A stretch of 64,000 nt of DNA from Octopus vulgaris (lineage: Eukaryota), in the NCBI GenBank assembly GCA_951406725.2, contig OX597819.1:114142001-114206000 (forward strand). Direction: 5' to 3'. A model generated the notes under the pieces. That model was not told where the DNA came from, did no database searches, and saw only the letters and a program-made list of their open reading frames with translations. Numbering within the stretch: the stretch's first letter is position 1; each line of letters opens with the position of its first letter. Shown in pieces: positions 12,208 through 25,485 of the stretch. Position numbers and translations under genes: made by a program.

Positions 12208-12911
12208 TAAATTAGTTTATATTTGGTACTGAAAACTTCGACAACGAAAAGATGAAAGAAAATATTAATCCCTTCAGGATTTGAATTGAAGAAAATAAAG
12301 AGACCTCATGGTATTTCGCCTGACATTATACTATTTTTGTCACTCCAAGAATAATATTAAAATTGTCACATGGGAGAGAAACAGCCAAGGAATATCACAT
12401 AGTTGTCAGAAAATTTATTTTAGATACACTAGAATAGAAAATGTAGTTGCTAATTTCTTGATTTGAATTCCTGAATTCTTTAAATTCTACTATCATCAAC
12501 TACAAAAGAGTTGGATTATTGTTCCATAGCCTAGCAGGATTCTCTTGCGTATGGCCAAGTAGAGAGATGAGTTTGTGTTGTTAAATGATGTATTTAGTAT
12601 GGTGATAAGGTAGTGTGTGAAAACAGCGAGCTGGCAGAAATGTTAGCATGCCATGCGAAATGCTTAGCGGTATTTCGTCTGCCGCTACTTTCTGAGTTCA
12701 AATTCCACCGAGGTTGACTTTGCCTTTCATCCTTTTGGGATCGATTAAATAAGTACCAGTTATGCACTGGGGTTGATATAATCAACTTAATCCATTTGTC
12801 TGTCCTTGTTTGTCCCATCTGTGTGTAACCCCTTGTGGGTTGATTTATTTGGGTAAAATTCTTCAAGGTGGTGTCCCAGCATGGCTGCAATCTAACAACT
12901 GAAACAAGTAA

Positions 12912-13042
12912 AACTAGTAAAACACTCGGAGAGCGCAGACCTCTGCCAAGCAGCTCATTTCCACCCATATATACGCATGATGAAAATCGCCCAATTTTCC
13001 AAACCAGCGCTGGCAAAAACATAACCTCTTTGGTGAGGGTAA
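12912..13042 (-). mobile_element. Short Helentron/HINE-like element
   Basis: aactagtaaaacactcggagagcgcagacctctgccaag ... acctctttggtgagggt: subTIRs, small stem-loop and CTAG end on the minus strand; related piece at 13490-13693. Confidence 0.55.
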
Positions 13043-14249
13043 AAAAAAATGACTCAGTCATATGATTTTAAGAAAAAAAAAACCTTTAAAAACAAGAATC
13101 ATCTGAAGCAGTTCACAACCACCAACATCATCAGCAGCATTGTCATTGCTTCCACTTCAACCACATACACTGCCATCAATGTTATCATGACGGTTACCTT
13201 GACAGTCACTTTCACCACCACAACCAGTATAACCACTGCAATACCACCACCATCACACAACTAACACTATCATCAACACCACTATTACCACCATCACTTC
13301 AGTATCACACATCACACCGCTCCTGTCGCTATTATAACCACCGATACTATTTTATCCTCCTCCCATACTTATCTTGACCATCGTCATCATCAACACTGTC
13401 TCTAGACAGCAACGCCACCATAGGTTACGTGGAAACGATGTGTTTTCAAGGGAGATAATCATAGAATGTAACATTAATACTTCATGTAAAGTAAATATAA
13501 CAAATGAAAAATCCTTTGAGAATCCATAAAAATTCCCAGATCACTACCATCATCTGTTCCTTGTGTCATTACCAACTTTTCCTGCAAGTTTCATCAAATA
13601 CCGTTCACAACTTTTTGAGTTATTTTGCACAGACAGACAGACGGACAAACCAACACCAATGAAAACATAACCTCCTTCCTTGGCAGAGGTAATAAAAGAA
13701 GACAAATACATACACAGACATACACACACACACGCACATACACAAATGTAAGAAGGAAACACACAACAATATGAACAATACCAAGACAAATTCATTACTG
13801 TGAGGTACAGTAATATCATTCTTACTAATTTTGGCACAAGGCTAGTAAATTTGAGGGGAGGGACCGGGTCAATTGTATCAACTCCTGTACTAACTGGTAC
13901 TCATTTGATCAACTCTGAAAGGATAAAAAGTAAAATCAACCTTGGTAGAAATTGAACCTAGAACCTAAAAGTTGTAAGAAATGCTGCTATGCATTCTGTC
14001 TGACACACCAATGATTCTGTTAGCTTGTCACCTTGAGATATTGTAATATAATAAAATTCATTTTAATCTGAATTTTCACAAATTCAATTCTGAATTCTAT
14101 GTTTAGCAATTCTCTGACAATAATAGAAATGAAATTATAGGTTTTTATATTGATATACAAAATAAATTACTGTTGAAGATAAAATACAAATTAACAAAAG
14201 GAAAACCTTTTGATTTGTATGAAATGTTTAATAAAGTAATACAAAGCTT

Positions 14250-16075
14250 CCAGTTGTTTAACTGTTTGGTATTTTTAGATTTTCCAACCAAATTTTGATT
14301 TATAGCAACAGATAGATATTAGCTCTGAGTATTTCACTTAAAGCTCTTATGGAACAATACATTCATTTTCTTTTCTCTCAGAAATACAGATCACAACTAA
14401 CATTATCCTGATAATAAAACTTGACATAACTAATATCTTCCAAATGATTTTATAGATTTTGATATTGTTGTTATTTTAGAAACCGGTCTTTTGTTTCATT
14501 TTTTTGTTTTCTTCTTTTTTTGAAAAATTTATGTTGGAAGATCTGTCAGGATTTCTGAAAGTATATTTATGCTAATTAAATCTTAACTTGAAATGATTTT
14601 CAGTCAGCTGGACATAATCTTTGAAAACAATGATTATCTGTAAATGCTTTTGCACAAAAGCAAATCAATTAAAGAATATTTTATAGGCTTAAAAAAATTG
14701 CGCAAAGAGGAAGAATTAGATGAAGATAGTTAGCTAAGATTTTTTTACAACCAATATTTGTTACTTCATAAGTGGTGTGCTGGTAGAATCGTTAGTATAC
14801 TGGGTAAAATGCTTAGTACCATTTTGTGTTTCACTTTACCTTCTGAGCTCTAATTCTATTGAGGTCAACTTTGCTCATTTTTGGGGGTTGATGAAATAAG
14901 TACCAAGTACTGGTAATCAATTTACCCTCCCCTCAAAAACTGTGGATCTGTGCCAAAATTATTATTATTATTATTTAGTGAACTGGCAGAATCATTAGCA
15001 TGTCTTTACATTCAGAATTTAAATTCCTCCAAGGTTGACTTTGCCTTTCATCCTTTCAGGGTTGATAAAATAAGTACCAGTTGACTACTGGGCTCAGTGT
15101 AACTGACTTACCCCCTCTCCATGTACCAGAATTTGAAACCAATATTTGTTATTTCTTTAGGTAATTTTTTTGTACAACCAAAGCTTAATCTAATATTATT
15201 CTATTAAAAATCTTATATCCAAGATATTTTTGGAAAATATCAAACAAATGAAATAACTATGTTGCAATATATTTACATTAAAACAATGTGGAGAATTAAA
15301 CCAAATAATTTTTCTTTCCTTTTATTGTCACGTTAGCAAATTAACGTGATTATCAATGTAATTTATCTTATCCTTAAAAAACAGTTTTTATGGTCATTAC
15401 TTTGTTGAAGGAATACATAGATGAAATACTGAATAACTGTCTACTAACATTTTTCCTTAAATTATTTATAATAGCAGATGAATAGTTCCAAACTGTATTT
15501 ATCTATTTTCAATTGGTTTACCAAATGTGTTATATTTATTGATTCCTAATTTTAAGATAGTATCAAAGAGCTTAACAATATATATGCAATCTTTTTTGAT
15601 GCAAATCTTTAAATTACAAATAAATCATTTTTTGTAAATATCTAAAATCTGTTGAGCATTCATATCTCATATAATAGTGAGTCTGTCATCTTAATATAGA
15701 CCACAGTATAAATGGCTAAACTTATGAAATGAATATAAAATATAAGACCATTAAGCTTATAAATTTCTACAGTATCTGATGTACCCATTGCCACATCAAA
15801 AGAATTAGCATTATTCTTCACTATCAATAGAGTGTTATTGAAAGAAGGCAATAATCTCTTTGCATGTATGATTATTTTGATATTGGAATTTAGTTTTTGG
15901 TGGAATATAACGCTTCTTGCAATAAAGATTTAGTTATCAAAGGATAAAATTTGAAGGTATCATGCTGTGTGAATTTACAAAGATATCTAATATATTTTTG
16001 TTGTCACAAATCCAAACTATTGTTGAAATATTTCAAAATGCCTCATGGATGAATGTCAGAAAGTCTTATGTCCAA
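14250..16075 (-). pseudogene. Penelope-like element ORF relic (RT + GIY-YIG endonuclease), interrupted by SINE B copies
   Basis: Minus-strand frameshifted motifs in the expected order: FYPLITKSLL; FDVAMGTSDTVEIYKLNGL (cf. FDVTMGSxDGAEVCELVGL); RKIIWFNSP; DYVQLTENHFKLRFN*HKYTFRN (cf. YIGLTExxFKxRxxxH); SCDLYF*EK. Confidence 0.75.
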
Positions 16076-16401
16076 ACAAATCAAAAGATTTTTGTTATCA
16101 TGCAGGCATGGTTGTGTGGTTAAGAAGCTCAATTTAAAACCATGAAGAAGACACATGCCCAAGGTGCCACACAGTGGGACTGAACCTGGAACCATGTGGT
16201 TGGGAAGCAAGCTTCTTACCACAGAGCCATGTCTGTGCCTATGTTATGTTTATTTAATTATTGATATTGTGTCCATGCAAAAATGTTGTTGTACATGCCT
16301 TGTGTAACTTAGACTAGATTTTGTGGTTAAAATGATGTATAATGTCATACTGCATCTCTGCTTGTTCTTTTGTATTAGCTTTTAAGAGGATTTGCTTTCT
16401 A

Positions 16402-16432
<31 letters not shown>

Positions 16433-16644
16433 GGGGAGAGGGAGAGAGAGTGAGCAAGAGAAGGAGGTAGGCAGAGAGTAAGAAAATGTGTTTGTGTGTG
16501 TGCATTGTGCTAGCAGTAACATAGAAAATTTACAGATATGAGAGCTTTGTGTTGCAACCAGTCTGTAGTTTCTCCTGTTGTTGGAGCTTCACAGATGGAC
16601 AAGGCTATGAATACCACCAGCCCATTGCATGTCTGAAACGAGCA

Positions 16645-17015
16645 TGGAGAGGCTGTGTGGTAAGTAGCTTGCTTACCAACCACATGGTTCCAGGTTCAGT
16701 CCCACTGTGTGGCACCTTGGGCAAGTATCTTCTACTATAGCCTAAGGCCGACCAAAACCTTGTGAGTGGATTTGGTAGACAGAAACTGAAAGAAGCCCTT
16801 CGTATGTGTGTGTGTGTCTGTGTTTGTCCCCCTACCATTGCTTGGCCACCGATGTTGGTTTGTTTACATCCCCATAATTTAGCAGTTCGACCAAAGAGAC
16901 CGATAGAATAAGTACTAGGCTAACAAAGAATAAGTCCCGAGGGTAGATTTGTTTGACTAAAGACAATGCTCCAGCATGGCCGCAGACAAATGATTGAAAC
17001 AAATATAAGAGTAAA
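16645..17015 (+). mobile_element. SINE family A, full length
   Basis: ggctgtgtggtaagtagcttgcttaccaaccacatggttccaggttcagtccc...ctccagcatggccgcag. Confidence 0.85.
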
Positions 17016-17694
17016 TGAGATTATGAGAAACTTATGAAAATACTTCAGTTGGGTAAAAGATTATTGCTATACTGTATGAAAGCAATAATATTCTTTTCTA
17101 TATTAGGCACAAGGCCCAAAATTTTGGGGGAGTGGGGACCAGTTGATTAGATCGACTCCAGTATGTAACTGGTACTTAATTTATCGACCCCAAAAGAATG
17201 AAAGGCAAAGTCGACCGTGGCAGAATTTGAACTCAGAACATAAAGACAGACAAAATACCGCTAAGCATTTCACCCAGCATGCTAACATTTCTTATTTTTT
17301 TATTGCCCACAAGGGGCTAAACATAGAGGGGACAAATAAGAACAGACAAAGGGAATAAGTTAATTACATCGACCCCAGTGCGTAACTGGTACTTTATTTA
17401 TCGACCTTGAAAGGATGAAAGGCAAAGTCGACTTCAGCGGAATTTGAACTGAAAACGTAACGTTTCTGCCAGCTTGCTGCCTTGTGAATGCAAATAATAT
17501 TGTGTGTGGCATTTTGGTTGCAAACTTAAAATGCTGGACTACTGACCATATGGCCATCAGCTCAACTTTCACTTGTGTCATTGTATTGTTGTGCCTCTAA
17601 GCAATGGTTGTACTTGATCCAGTTTGCCTGATTAAACAAACGAAAAACAAATCAAGCTTCACACTTACTTTTCAGTTAAGTGTTTAGCAAGTGG

Positions 17695-18005
17695 TAGTGA
17701 AGGTTGGTACTGGCGGCGGCAGCGGTGGTGGTGGTGGTGGTGTTGGTGGTGGCAGTGGAGGTGGTAACGGCAAGGTTATTAGTAATAGGGTGTTGCTGAT
17801 AGTGCTGGTTGCGAAATGTTACAAGTTATGATGGTGGTGATGGTTAGTGCTTATGACAGTCATGGAGTACTGATGATAGTGGTGGTGGTAGTGGTGGTGG
17901 TCATGGAGTGATGTTGGTGGTAGTTTTGCAGTGATGGTGGTTTTGATGTTGTTGGTATTGAGTGGTGGGGTGCTGATAGTAGTAGTAGCGGTGGTGGTGG
18001 TGGTG

Positions 18006-18039
<34 letters not shown>

Positions 18040-18040
18040 C

Positions 18041-18089
<49 letters not shown>

Positions 18090-18665
18090 ACAGTGGCAGA
18101 AATGTTGTATATTCTCAAATCATCTCTGATCCAGTAGCCTTTTGATCAAAGGCATTCCAACCATGACTATGCCATCTTTTCGAAGTGACCCTAGGACTAC
18201 ATTACCCAGTGTATTCCCGGTATTAAGAGAGTAGGGCATGATCTGAGGGGTGGTAGGGAAGATAGTATGGATGGCGATGCTGGTAGTTGTAGTGATGGTG
18301 GTGGCGGCAGCGGTAGTGAGACTATTGATGTTGGTATTGATGGTACTGGTGCTGATGATGTTTGTAGTGGTGTTGGCGGTGGTAGAGGTGTTTGTGGGGA
18401 GTGGTGTTGGTTGTGGTTAGTGGTATTAGTATTGATGGTAGTTGTGATGTTGGTAGCAGTACTGATGGTGTTAGTAGTGATGTTGGTGGTAGTACTTGTG
18501 CTGGTGGTGTTGGATTGGCGGGGATACTGCTGGAGTGGTGGTAGTGGTGTTAGTAGGGAGTGGTGTTGCTATCGATGGCAGTAATGGGGTTGGTAGTGAT
18601 GCTGGTGGTATTGGTAGTAGTAATAGTGGTTGTGACGATGGTGGCAGGGAAGGTATGTTGGTAGC
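17695..18665. repeat. (GGT/AGT/GAT)n low-complexity tracts
   Basis: Near-pure (GGT)n then (AGT)n at ~17990-18087, with cryptic versions flanking. Confidence 0.85.
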
Positions 18666-18669
18666 AGTG

Positions 18670-19186
18670 ATGTTGATACTGGTAGAGCTTGAAGTGGAAG
18701 TAGTGATGGTGGTAGTGGTATTGGTGGTTGTAGAAGTGGTGATGGATGTAGCAGTGGTGTTGATGCTAGTAGAGTTTGAAGTGGAAGTATTTATGGTGGT
18801 AGTGGTATTGGTGGTTGTAGAAGTGGTGATGGATGTAGCGGTGGTGTTGATGCTGGTAGAGCTTGAAGTGGTGGTAGTGGTATTGGTGGTTGTAGAGGTG
18901 GTGATGGATGTAGCGGTGGTGTTGATGCTGGTAGAGTTTGAAGTGGAAGTAGTGATGGTGGTAGTGGTATTGGTGGTTGTAGAAGTGGTGATGGATGTAG
19001 CAGTGGTGTTGATGCTAGTAGAGTTTGAAGTGGAAGTATTTATGGTGGTAGTGGTATTGGTGGTTGTAGAAGTGGTGATGGATGTAGCGGTGGTGTTGAT
19101 GCTGGTAGAGTTTGAAGTGGAGGTAGTGATTGTGGTAGTGGTATTGGCAGTTGTAGAAGTGGTGATGGATTTAGCGGTGGTGTTGG
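18670..19186. repeat. 87-bp minisatellite, 6 units (unit 3 is 75 bp)
   Basis: Unit gatgctggtagagtttgaagtggaagtagtgatggtggtagtggtattggtggttgtagaagtggtgatggatgtagcggtggtgtt; seen as the 29-aa repeat in ORF 18496..19248. Confidence 0.9.
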
Positions 19187-19430
19187 TGGTTGTTTATCTT
19201 TTGAAGCTGACTCATCACCTTCAAGCAACAAAAATACTTGTTTGGTAAATATGAATTACATCAGTAATAACATGTTCTTGTTGTTGTTGTGGATTATCTA
19301 CAAGTTGATTTGCTTATCAGCTCAACATACGGATGGTGTTAGGGATTATAGTGGACTTCCAGTCCATAGGTCACAACTCCAAGCACTGTTTGTATGTGTG
19401 AATGCATGTACATATATTTTGTATATTTTG

Positions 19431-19539
19431 GGATCACGTGGATGAGAAAGGCGCGATCCAGAGAGGAGTGGACAGCGTGCTGTGACCAGCGGTGTCAAAT
19501 GGACGCCTGACGGACTGGTCGGTCAAAGTGAAAGTGAAA

Positions 19540-19543
<4 letters not shown>
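19431..19543 (+). mobile_element. Short 3' end of an RTE-type LINE with (GTGAAA)n tail
   Basis: CpG-rich gaggagtgg..cgtgctgtgaccagcggtgtcaaatggacgcctgacgg ending aaagtgaaagtgaaagtga. Confidence 0.55.
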
Positions 19544-19581
<38 letters not shown>

Positions 19582-19803
19582 CAAACATACATAAATATAT
19601 ATGTATGTTTGTGTGCCTGTTTTTGTCCCCCCCCCCATTGCTTGACAACCAATGTTAGTGTCATTACATCTCCGTAACTTAGCAATTTGGTAAAAGAGAC
19701 TGATAGAATAAGTACTAGGCTTACAAAGAATAAATCCTAGGGTTGATTTGTTCGACTAAAGGCGGTGCTCCAGCATGGCCGCAGTCAAATGACTGAAAGA
19801 AAT

Positions 19804-19838
<35 letters not shown>

Positions 19839-19939
19839 CCCCAGTTATGAATGAGTGATATATATAAGCCCAGTTATGAATAGTGTATAAATTATGATAT
19901 ATATGTGTGCATGCATATGAAGTGTGTGGGGGAAGGAGG

Positions 19940-20332
19940 ATATCAGGTGTAGTGTTGGTGAATTTCAGGAAGCATGGAAGTTTTAAAGGATGCAATGTCC
20001 CGGCAACTAGCAACTGATGCGGGTAGTTTGTTCCATGCTTCAGTAGAGTGTGGAAAAATGTTTCTAAAAGTCATGGGAGCTGTGCTGTTTTCAAACTTTG
20101 TAGGCCTACCCATGTGTGTTAGATACATAGAGCTCAAAAAGGTGCTCAAGGTGGTTGTTGGCATGATGGTGAATAATTTTGTGGGTGTTTATCAAGTCAG
20201 TTGCCAGTTGTCAGAGCTTCAATGTATCTATGCTCAGGGAAGCAAGGTATTCAGAGCATGGTAGATTCCTGATGGAGAGTGTTCGCTTGGTTACATGACT
20301 CTCAACAGTTTCCAGGAGGTCAATGTCCTGAG
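19940..20332 (-). mobile_element. CR1-type LINE ORF2 3' relic
   Basis: ...EAWNKLPASVASCRDIASFKTSMLPEIHQHYT; same family as 62250-62685. Confidence 0.75.
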
Positions 20333-21886
20333 TAATATTAACAATGTTAGGTCTTTTGTCCTGTCACATATATCCCAAACATCAAGTTCTCATTTCCAGC
20401 CAACAATCAGGATTTAATTCTGGCTTACATTTTCCTTAAGTACAAATGAATGAATGTATGTTTGTATGTATGTGTGTGTATATGTGTGTGTGTGTGTTCA
20501 TGTGTTTGAGATCCAGTTTTTAGAAATGCTACACTAATATTCTTGCGTGTGAGGCAAGTAAAAAGAGGTTGATGTGAAGAAGTGACATCTGGTTCAAACA
20601 GCATTTTGCTTTCCATTTGCACAGCTCAGGGTTTCACCTGTTGTGGCATGTCAGGTGTTAATGAAGAGACATCCTGCCAATAAATGTTGTTTATAGAAAA
20701 TCACATTTTTCCGAGAAGTGGAATTTGCCAATATATGTTGACCCTCGAATGATATATGTGTGAGTGAAAGAGAGAGAGAATGTGTGTGAGTGAGAATTAT
20801 GTGAATTATATACACAAATATACTGTTATCACTTGAGATTTACAAATATCTAACATGAAATGGATTGACAGGTGAATGCTGAAAATGCAATTATTCTTTC
20901 CTTATAATGTCTGAATGTTTGTGTGTGTGTGTGTGTGTGCACATTTGTACGTGTTTGTAGAAGTTATAAATGTATCTTCATAATCTCTAGTTGTAGTGAG
21001 CACCATAATGAATGTAAAACTATACCTGTTGTGTGAACTTTACAAATGTTTGACAGGAAAGGAGTTGATGGGTGAATATTAGAACTTAATTTATTGTTGC
21101 ATGCAAAATGTGTATACATACATGCTTGTGTCTGTGGTTGTGTATCAAGAAGAATTTATGAGTGCATGTATATGTATATGCATGGAGGTCTGTGTGTATG
21201 TATGTTGGTGAGCAAGTCTGCTTGTGTGTGTGGCTTTACATTACGGAGACGGCCTAAATGTTATTGCTCAGCGTATGGCTATTGCATGATGTTTGCAAAT
21301 ATCTGACAGGAAATTGTTGAAGTCTTGAACATCGGCAACTAAATAATTAGTGCTACACTCAACCTGCTTGTGAGTATCTCTGTGTGTCAGTGTCTGTATA
21401 GGTGTTTGTGTATGTGATTATATATGTGTGTGTGTGTGTTTGTGTGTATGTGCAAGCAGGCAAGTGTGTATTTAATAGATTTATATAAATTTTTCCCTGA
21501 TTGATGAGGGGAAAGAGTTTATTGAGTAAGCCATATGTTGTTGTTGTTTAACCCTTGGCCAGCCATTTCACCCATGGCAGTCAAGGTATTTTCAGGTGTC
21601 CAGGACTTAATTATTCATTTTATATTTATGTTACGTTATAGCAATGAGAACCTCAAAGTAATAATAGTCTAGAATCTCAGTTTTTAATTGTTATTTGCTT
21701 GTCTTCCATGAAAATATATCTGGCCCTGGGAAAATATTACATTGTTTGAAAGCAATTAAGAGTTTTGAAAGGAAGTGTATTTGGCTGCAGAAAATATCCA
21801 TACAAGCATGAAAAATTAGACATTAAAACTACACACATACACACACAAGAAAATGAGATGACAAAGGAATAAGCAATTATCTTATG

Positions 21887-21990
21887 GACTTCATTATCTT
21901 ACACCTGTTTCTGCAATAAGGTGCAGTGCATTCATAGCTTAGTGCTTGAGTAACACCTTTTAGCTTCATCAGAGCCTCAGATCTGAAGTC
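21887..21990 (-). ncRNA. Type-I hammerhead ribozyme motif, partly decayed
   Basis: Minus: gacuuca..ggcu-CUGAUGA-agcuaaaaggug...caccuuauugca-GAAAC-AGGU-GUA-agauaa-ugaaguc. Core is complete and the distal stem I is 7 bp, but the proximal stem I has only 2 bp. Confidence 0.65.
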
Positions 21991-22584
21991 ATGTATCTTT
22001 TCTCTCTCACACATTCACAGAATCTACATTAGGCCACATTGGCACATACGCACACAAACATGCAAACACACAAAAACACATACACACATACACACACACC
22101 AACTCACACCAGCACACAAACATAGACACACACACACCAGCTCTCACTCACCAGTGCACACACACACACACTCACAATCTCTCTCTCTTTTTTAAGCATT
22201 CTCACTTCCATACCCATAAATATAAATATAGAATCTGTAGACTATGAGACAGACAAACTTGGAGCAGACCTGGAGTAGAGAGGGCATGTCGTTGATGAGG
22301 TCATGAATGGCAATGAAAGGACTTTAATGAAATTAGTTAAGTGATTGATTGACTAAATGATTGATCAGACAATTGATTAGTTAACTTGTTGAATGGTCAA
22401 CTAATTGACAAATAGTAATACAAGAAGTGAAATGGACCCAGTGCATGTGTTATTGGCACAACAACCCTCCCAAGATACAACAAAATTAGTTCCAACAAAT
22501 GATTTCACATCAAGAATATTGCAAACCAAATACTAAAATGTGATATATATGATACGTGTGTATGTGTGTGTGTGTGTGTGTGTG

Positions 22585-22628
<44 letters not shown>

Positions 22629-23214
22629 TAGTGCAGAGATCTGAAAGACTTCTGTATGCAATATGTTGTTTTGTGTGCAGTTGAGAGTCAGTAGATCTAA
22701 CTGTGTTGTATTGTTGTGATATTTACTGAGGAAATGTTTTGCTTGTTGAAGATAAATGTATACATTTTGCAATGTGTATATACATTCATATGTCTACATA
22801 TATACACCAACACATGTGCACAATGCAATACATGCATATGTGTGCGTGTGTATATGATAGATGCTAAATGATGATGATGATGTGTGTGTATATATATATA
22901 TATATATGTATATAAGTGTATAGCATCTCTGGAGTTGTTCATATATATATCTCATAATATTTTTGGTATCAACATAAGACACACACACTCACTCTTTCTC
23001 TCTTTCTTGCTTTCTCTCTCTGTCATCATATCTATGTCTCTGTCTATTTGACTGTGCGTTTCTCTCATTCTCTCACACATACACACGTGCATATATACAT
23101 GCATACACATACATGCATACACATACATACATTTATAGCAGGAAGCAGAAATGTGAATTAATAACACTGATGTCAGTAGATGGGTTGCCGTTTCATCATG
23201 CAAAGTGTATGTAA

Positions 23215-23246
<32 letters not shown>

Positions 23247-23624
23247 CTATATGTGTAAATGTGTGCGTGTATGTGCCATTTTGTATTATTATCTGTGCTT
23301 AGCATGATATGTGAGCTTATGGCCTATTATACAGTGGTTTGATCAGGAAATGAGCTGACAGACAAATTTTTTGAAGTTACATTATGATTATGTGTGAGTG
23401 CTTTTGATTCTGTGTCTACAGCTCTCTGAATTTTGTTCATTCACACACATACATACACACACACACATCCTGCATGTGTGTGCGCACACTTGCATTTGTA
23501 TGCAAATGCACATAGATGTAGCTACACAATCAAATGTAGTCAAACACATGTATGTCTCACCACCATTCTGCATCACTCGTTGCAAACACATCTCTTATAA
23601 TCTTTTCTTCTTTTTTTTTTCCTA

Positions 23625-24163
23625 AGAGAGAGAAACCCTTTGTTACCAACAAAGAGGTCCCTGAACTTATTCCAGCCTTTTCTTACTCTGGTTACTATGC
23701 TTTTAATACACCCATCTTCACTGCTAATTAGGTCACCTAGGTTACCAAAAGCTGTCAAACACTTCACATAAACCTTCTGAGCATTTGCAGGAGTTTGTTC
23801 TATGCCTAGCTTCCATATTTGATATTTCTTCTTTAAATCTTCTACACATTCACCATTAAATTAGGTCATCAGTATACAGGAGTTCCCATGATTAGCCAAT
23901 TACCTAATCTTAAACTTCTCTTTTATGACGGAAGAACTAATAATATATAAGAATGGGCTGAGAATTGAATTTGGATAGATTCCTAGCTGCATAGTAAATT
24001 TATGGCTTAACTCCTTGCTGACTCTCACCTTGCTGCCTGCGCCTCTGTACATGGCTTGTATGGCTCTCACAGGCTATTCATCTACATCAAGTTTCCTTAG
24101 TGATAACCAAACTATTGAAGGACTTCTTCAGGTTGACAAATGTTAGGTACAGGGGCTTATTCC
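23625..24163 (-). mobile_element. RTE LINE reverse transcriptase relic, 3' part (split by mariner)
   Basis: NKPLYLTFVNLKKSF...RKLDVDE*PVRAIQAMYRGAGSKVRV...WELLYTDDL (YADD)...GDLISSEDGCIKSIVTRVRKGWNKFRDL. Confidence 0.85.
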
Positions 24164-24165
24164 TA

Positions 24166-25483
24166 TCAGGTCATCCCATAAGTTCTGTCCGAAACCGTCC
24201 AACCCATGCCAGCATGAAAAACGGACGTTAAACAATGATGATGATGAAAACAAATGATCAAATGTTATATTTAATTGAAATTTAATCATCAATGTACTTT
24301 CCCTGATTATCTATGATTTCCTTCCATCTATTTACAAGCTTTTTAATCCCATCAATGTAAAACTCTTTTGGTTTCAAAGCAAAGAAGTCTGAAATGTCAG
24401 TTTCAACCTCCTCCTGGCTTGCGAAAGTTATGTCCCCCAAATGATTCTGTAAACTACGAAACAAATGGTAGTTTGAAGGAGCAAGGTCGGGAGAATAAGG
24501 TGGATGAGGAATTTTTTCCCAACCAATCTCTTCAATCTTCTGTGATGTGATCTTTGCAGTGTGGGGTCACGCATTGTCTTGATGAGACATCACTCTTTTT
24601 CGATTCACTAAAGCAGGTCTTTTTTTCTTCAAAGTTTGGTTTGAATGCTCTAATTGCTGACAGTAGACTTGAGTATTGATTGTTGCATTAGGTGGTACCA
24701 ATTCAAAATGAATTACTCCTTTGCAATCCCACCAGATAGAGAGAAGAACCTTTTTTCCATGAAGTTCTCTTCTTGGTTGTGGTTGAGCTTTTTCCCTGTT
24801 ACTAAGCCACTGTTTATGACATTTAACATTTCGATAAAAGATCCATTTTTCATCACCAGTCACAAGTCTATCCAAAAAGTTCATGAGAATGGAGAGAAGA
24901 GCAGATGTCAACTCGGGATTTGTGGTTGCTTTTGGACAATTCATGAGGCATCCATTTTCCAAGTTTAGGAACCTTTCTGAGTTGTTGAAGATGACAGTGA
25001 ACAGTTGTATGGTTTGAACTAAGCTTTACTGCCAATTCTTCAACTGATAATGCAGGATTTTCTTCAAGTAATGCCTCAAGGAGCCTATCATCAAACTCAA
25101 CTGGACGTCCTATTCGATCTTCCTCTTCAAGGCTGAAATTTCCACTTCTTAATTTTGCAAACCATCTTCTGCAAGTTCTTTCATTCATGCACTCTTTCCC
25201 ATAAACTGAGTGTATGTTTTGAGTCGCTTAAGCTGCAGAGTTACCGTTTTTTTACTCATAAAGCATTATGTGCCAGAAATACTCTTTGGATACTTCCATG
25301 TTAGAAAGGGTTTTAATCAAAGAAATTTTAATTCTATTATTCTGTAAAATGATATTTAATTAGTTTAAATGTACGCAAATGCATAAAAATAATTTTTAAT
25401 TCCATGAGACATTCTAAAATACTATTCAATTTCATTCAATTTTAAAAAAGATTAAATCAGACAGAACTTATAGGATAACCTGA
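24166..25483 (-). mobile_element. Full-length mariner (DD34D-type) element, inactive
   Basis: TIRs tcaggtcatcccataagttctgtc / gacagaacttataggataacctga; TA at 24164-65 and 25484-85. Confidence 0.95.
24282..25299 (-). pseudogene. Mariner transposase pseudogene
   Basis: MEVSKEYFWHIMLYE*...TCRRWFAKLRSGNFSLEEEDRIGRP...WMPHEL...VTGDEKW...HQDNA...HPPYSPDLAPSNYHLFRSL, with stops and frameshifts. Confidence 0.9.
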
Positions 25484-25485
25484 TA

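Noticed and set aside
18496-19248. 250-aa Val-rich ORF / antisense mucin-like frame
   Set aside because: Minisatellite product; the Thr-rich frame has a TAA immediately upstream, no good acceptor, and loses register outside the array.
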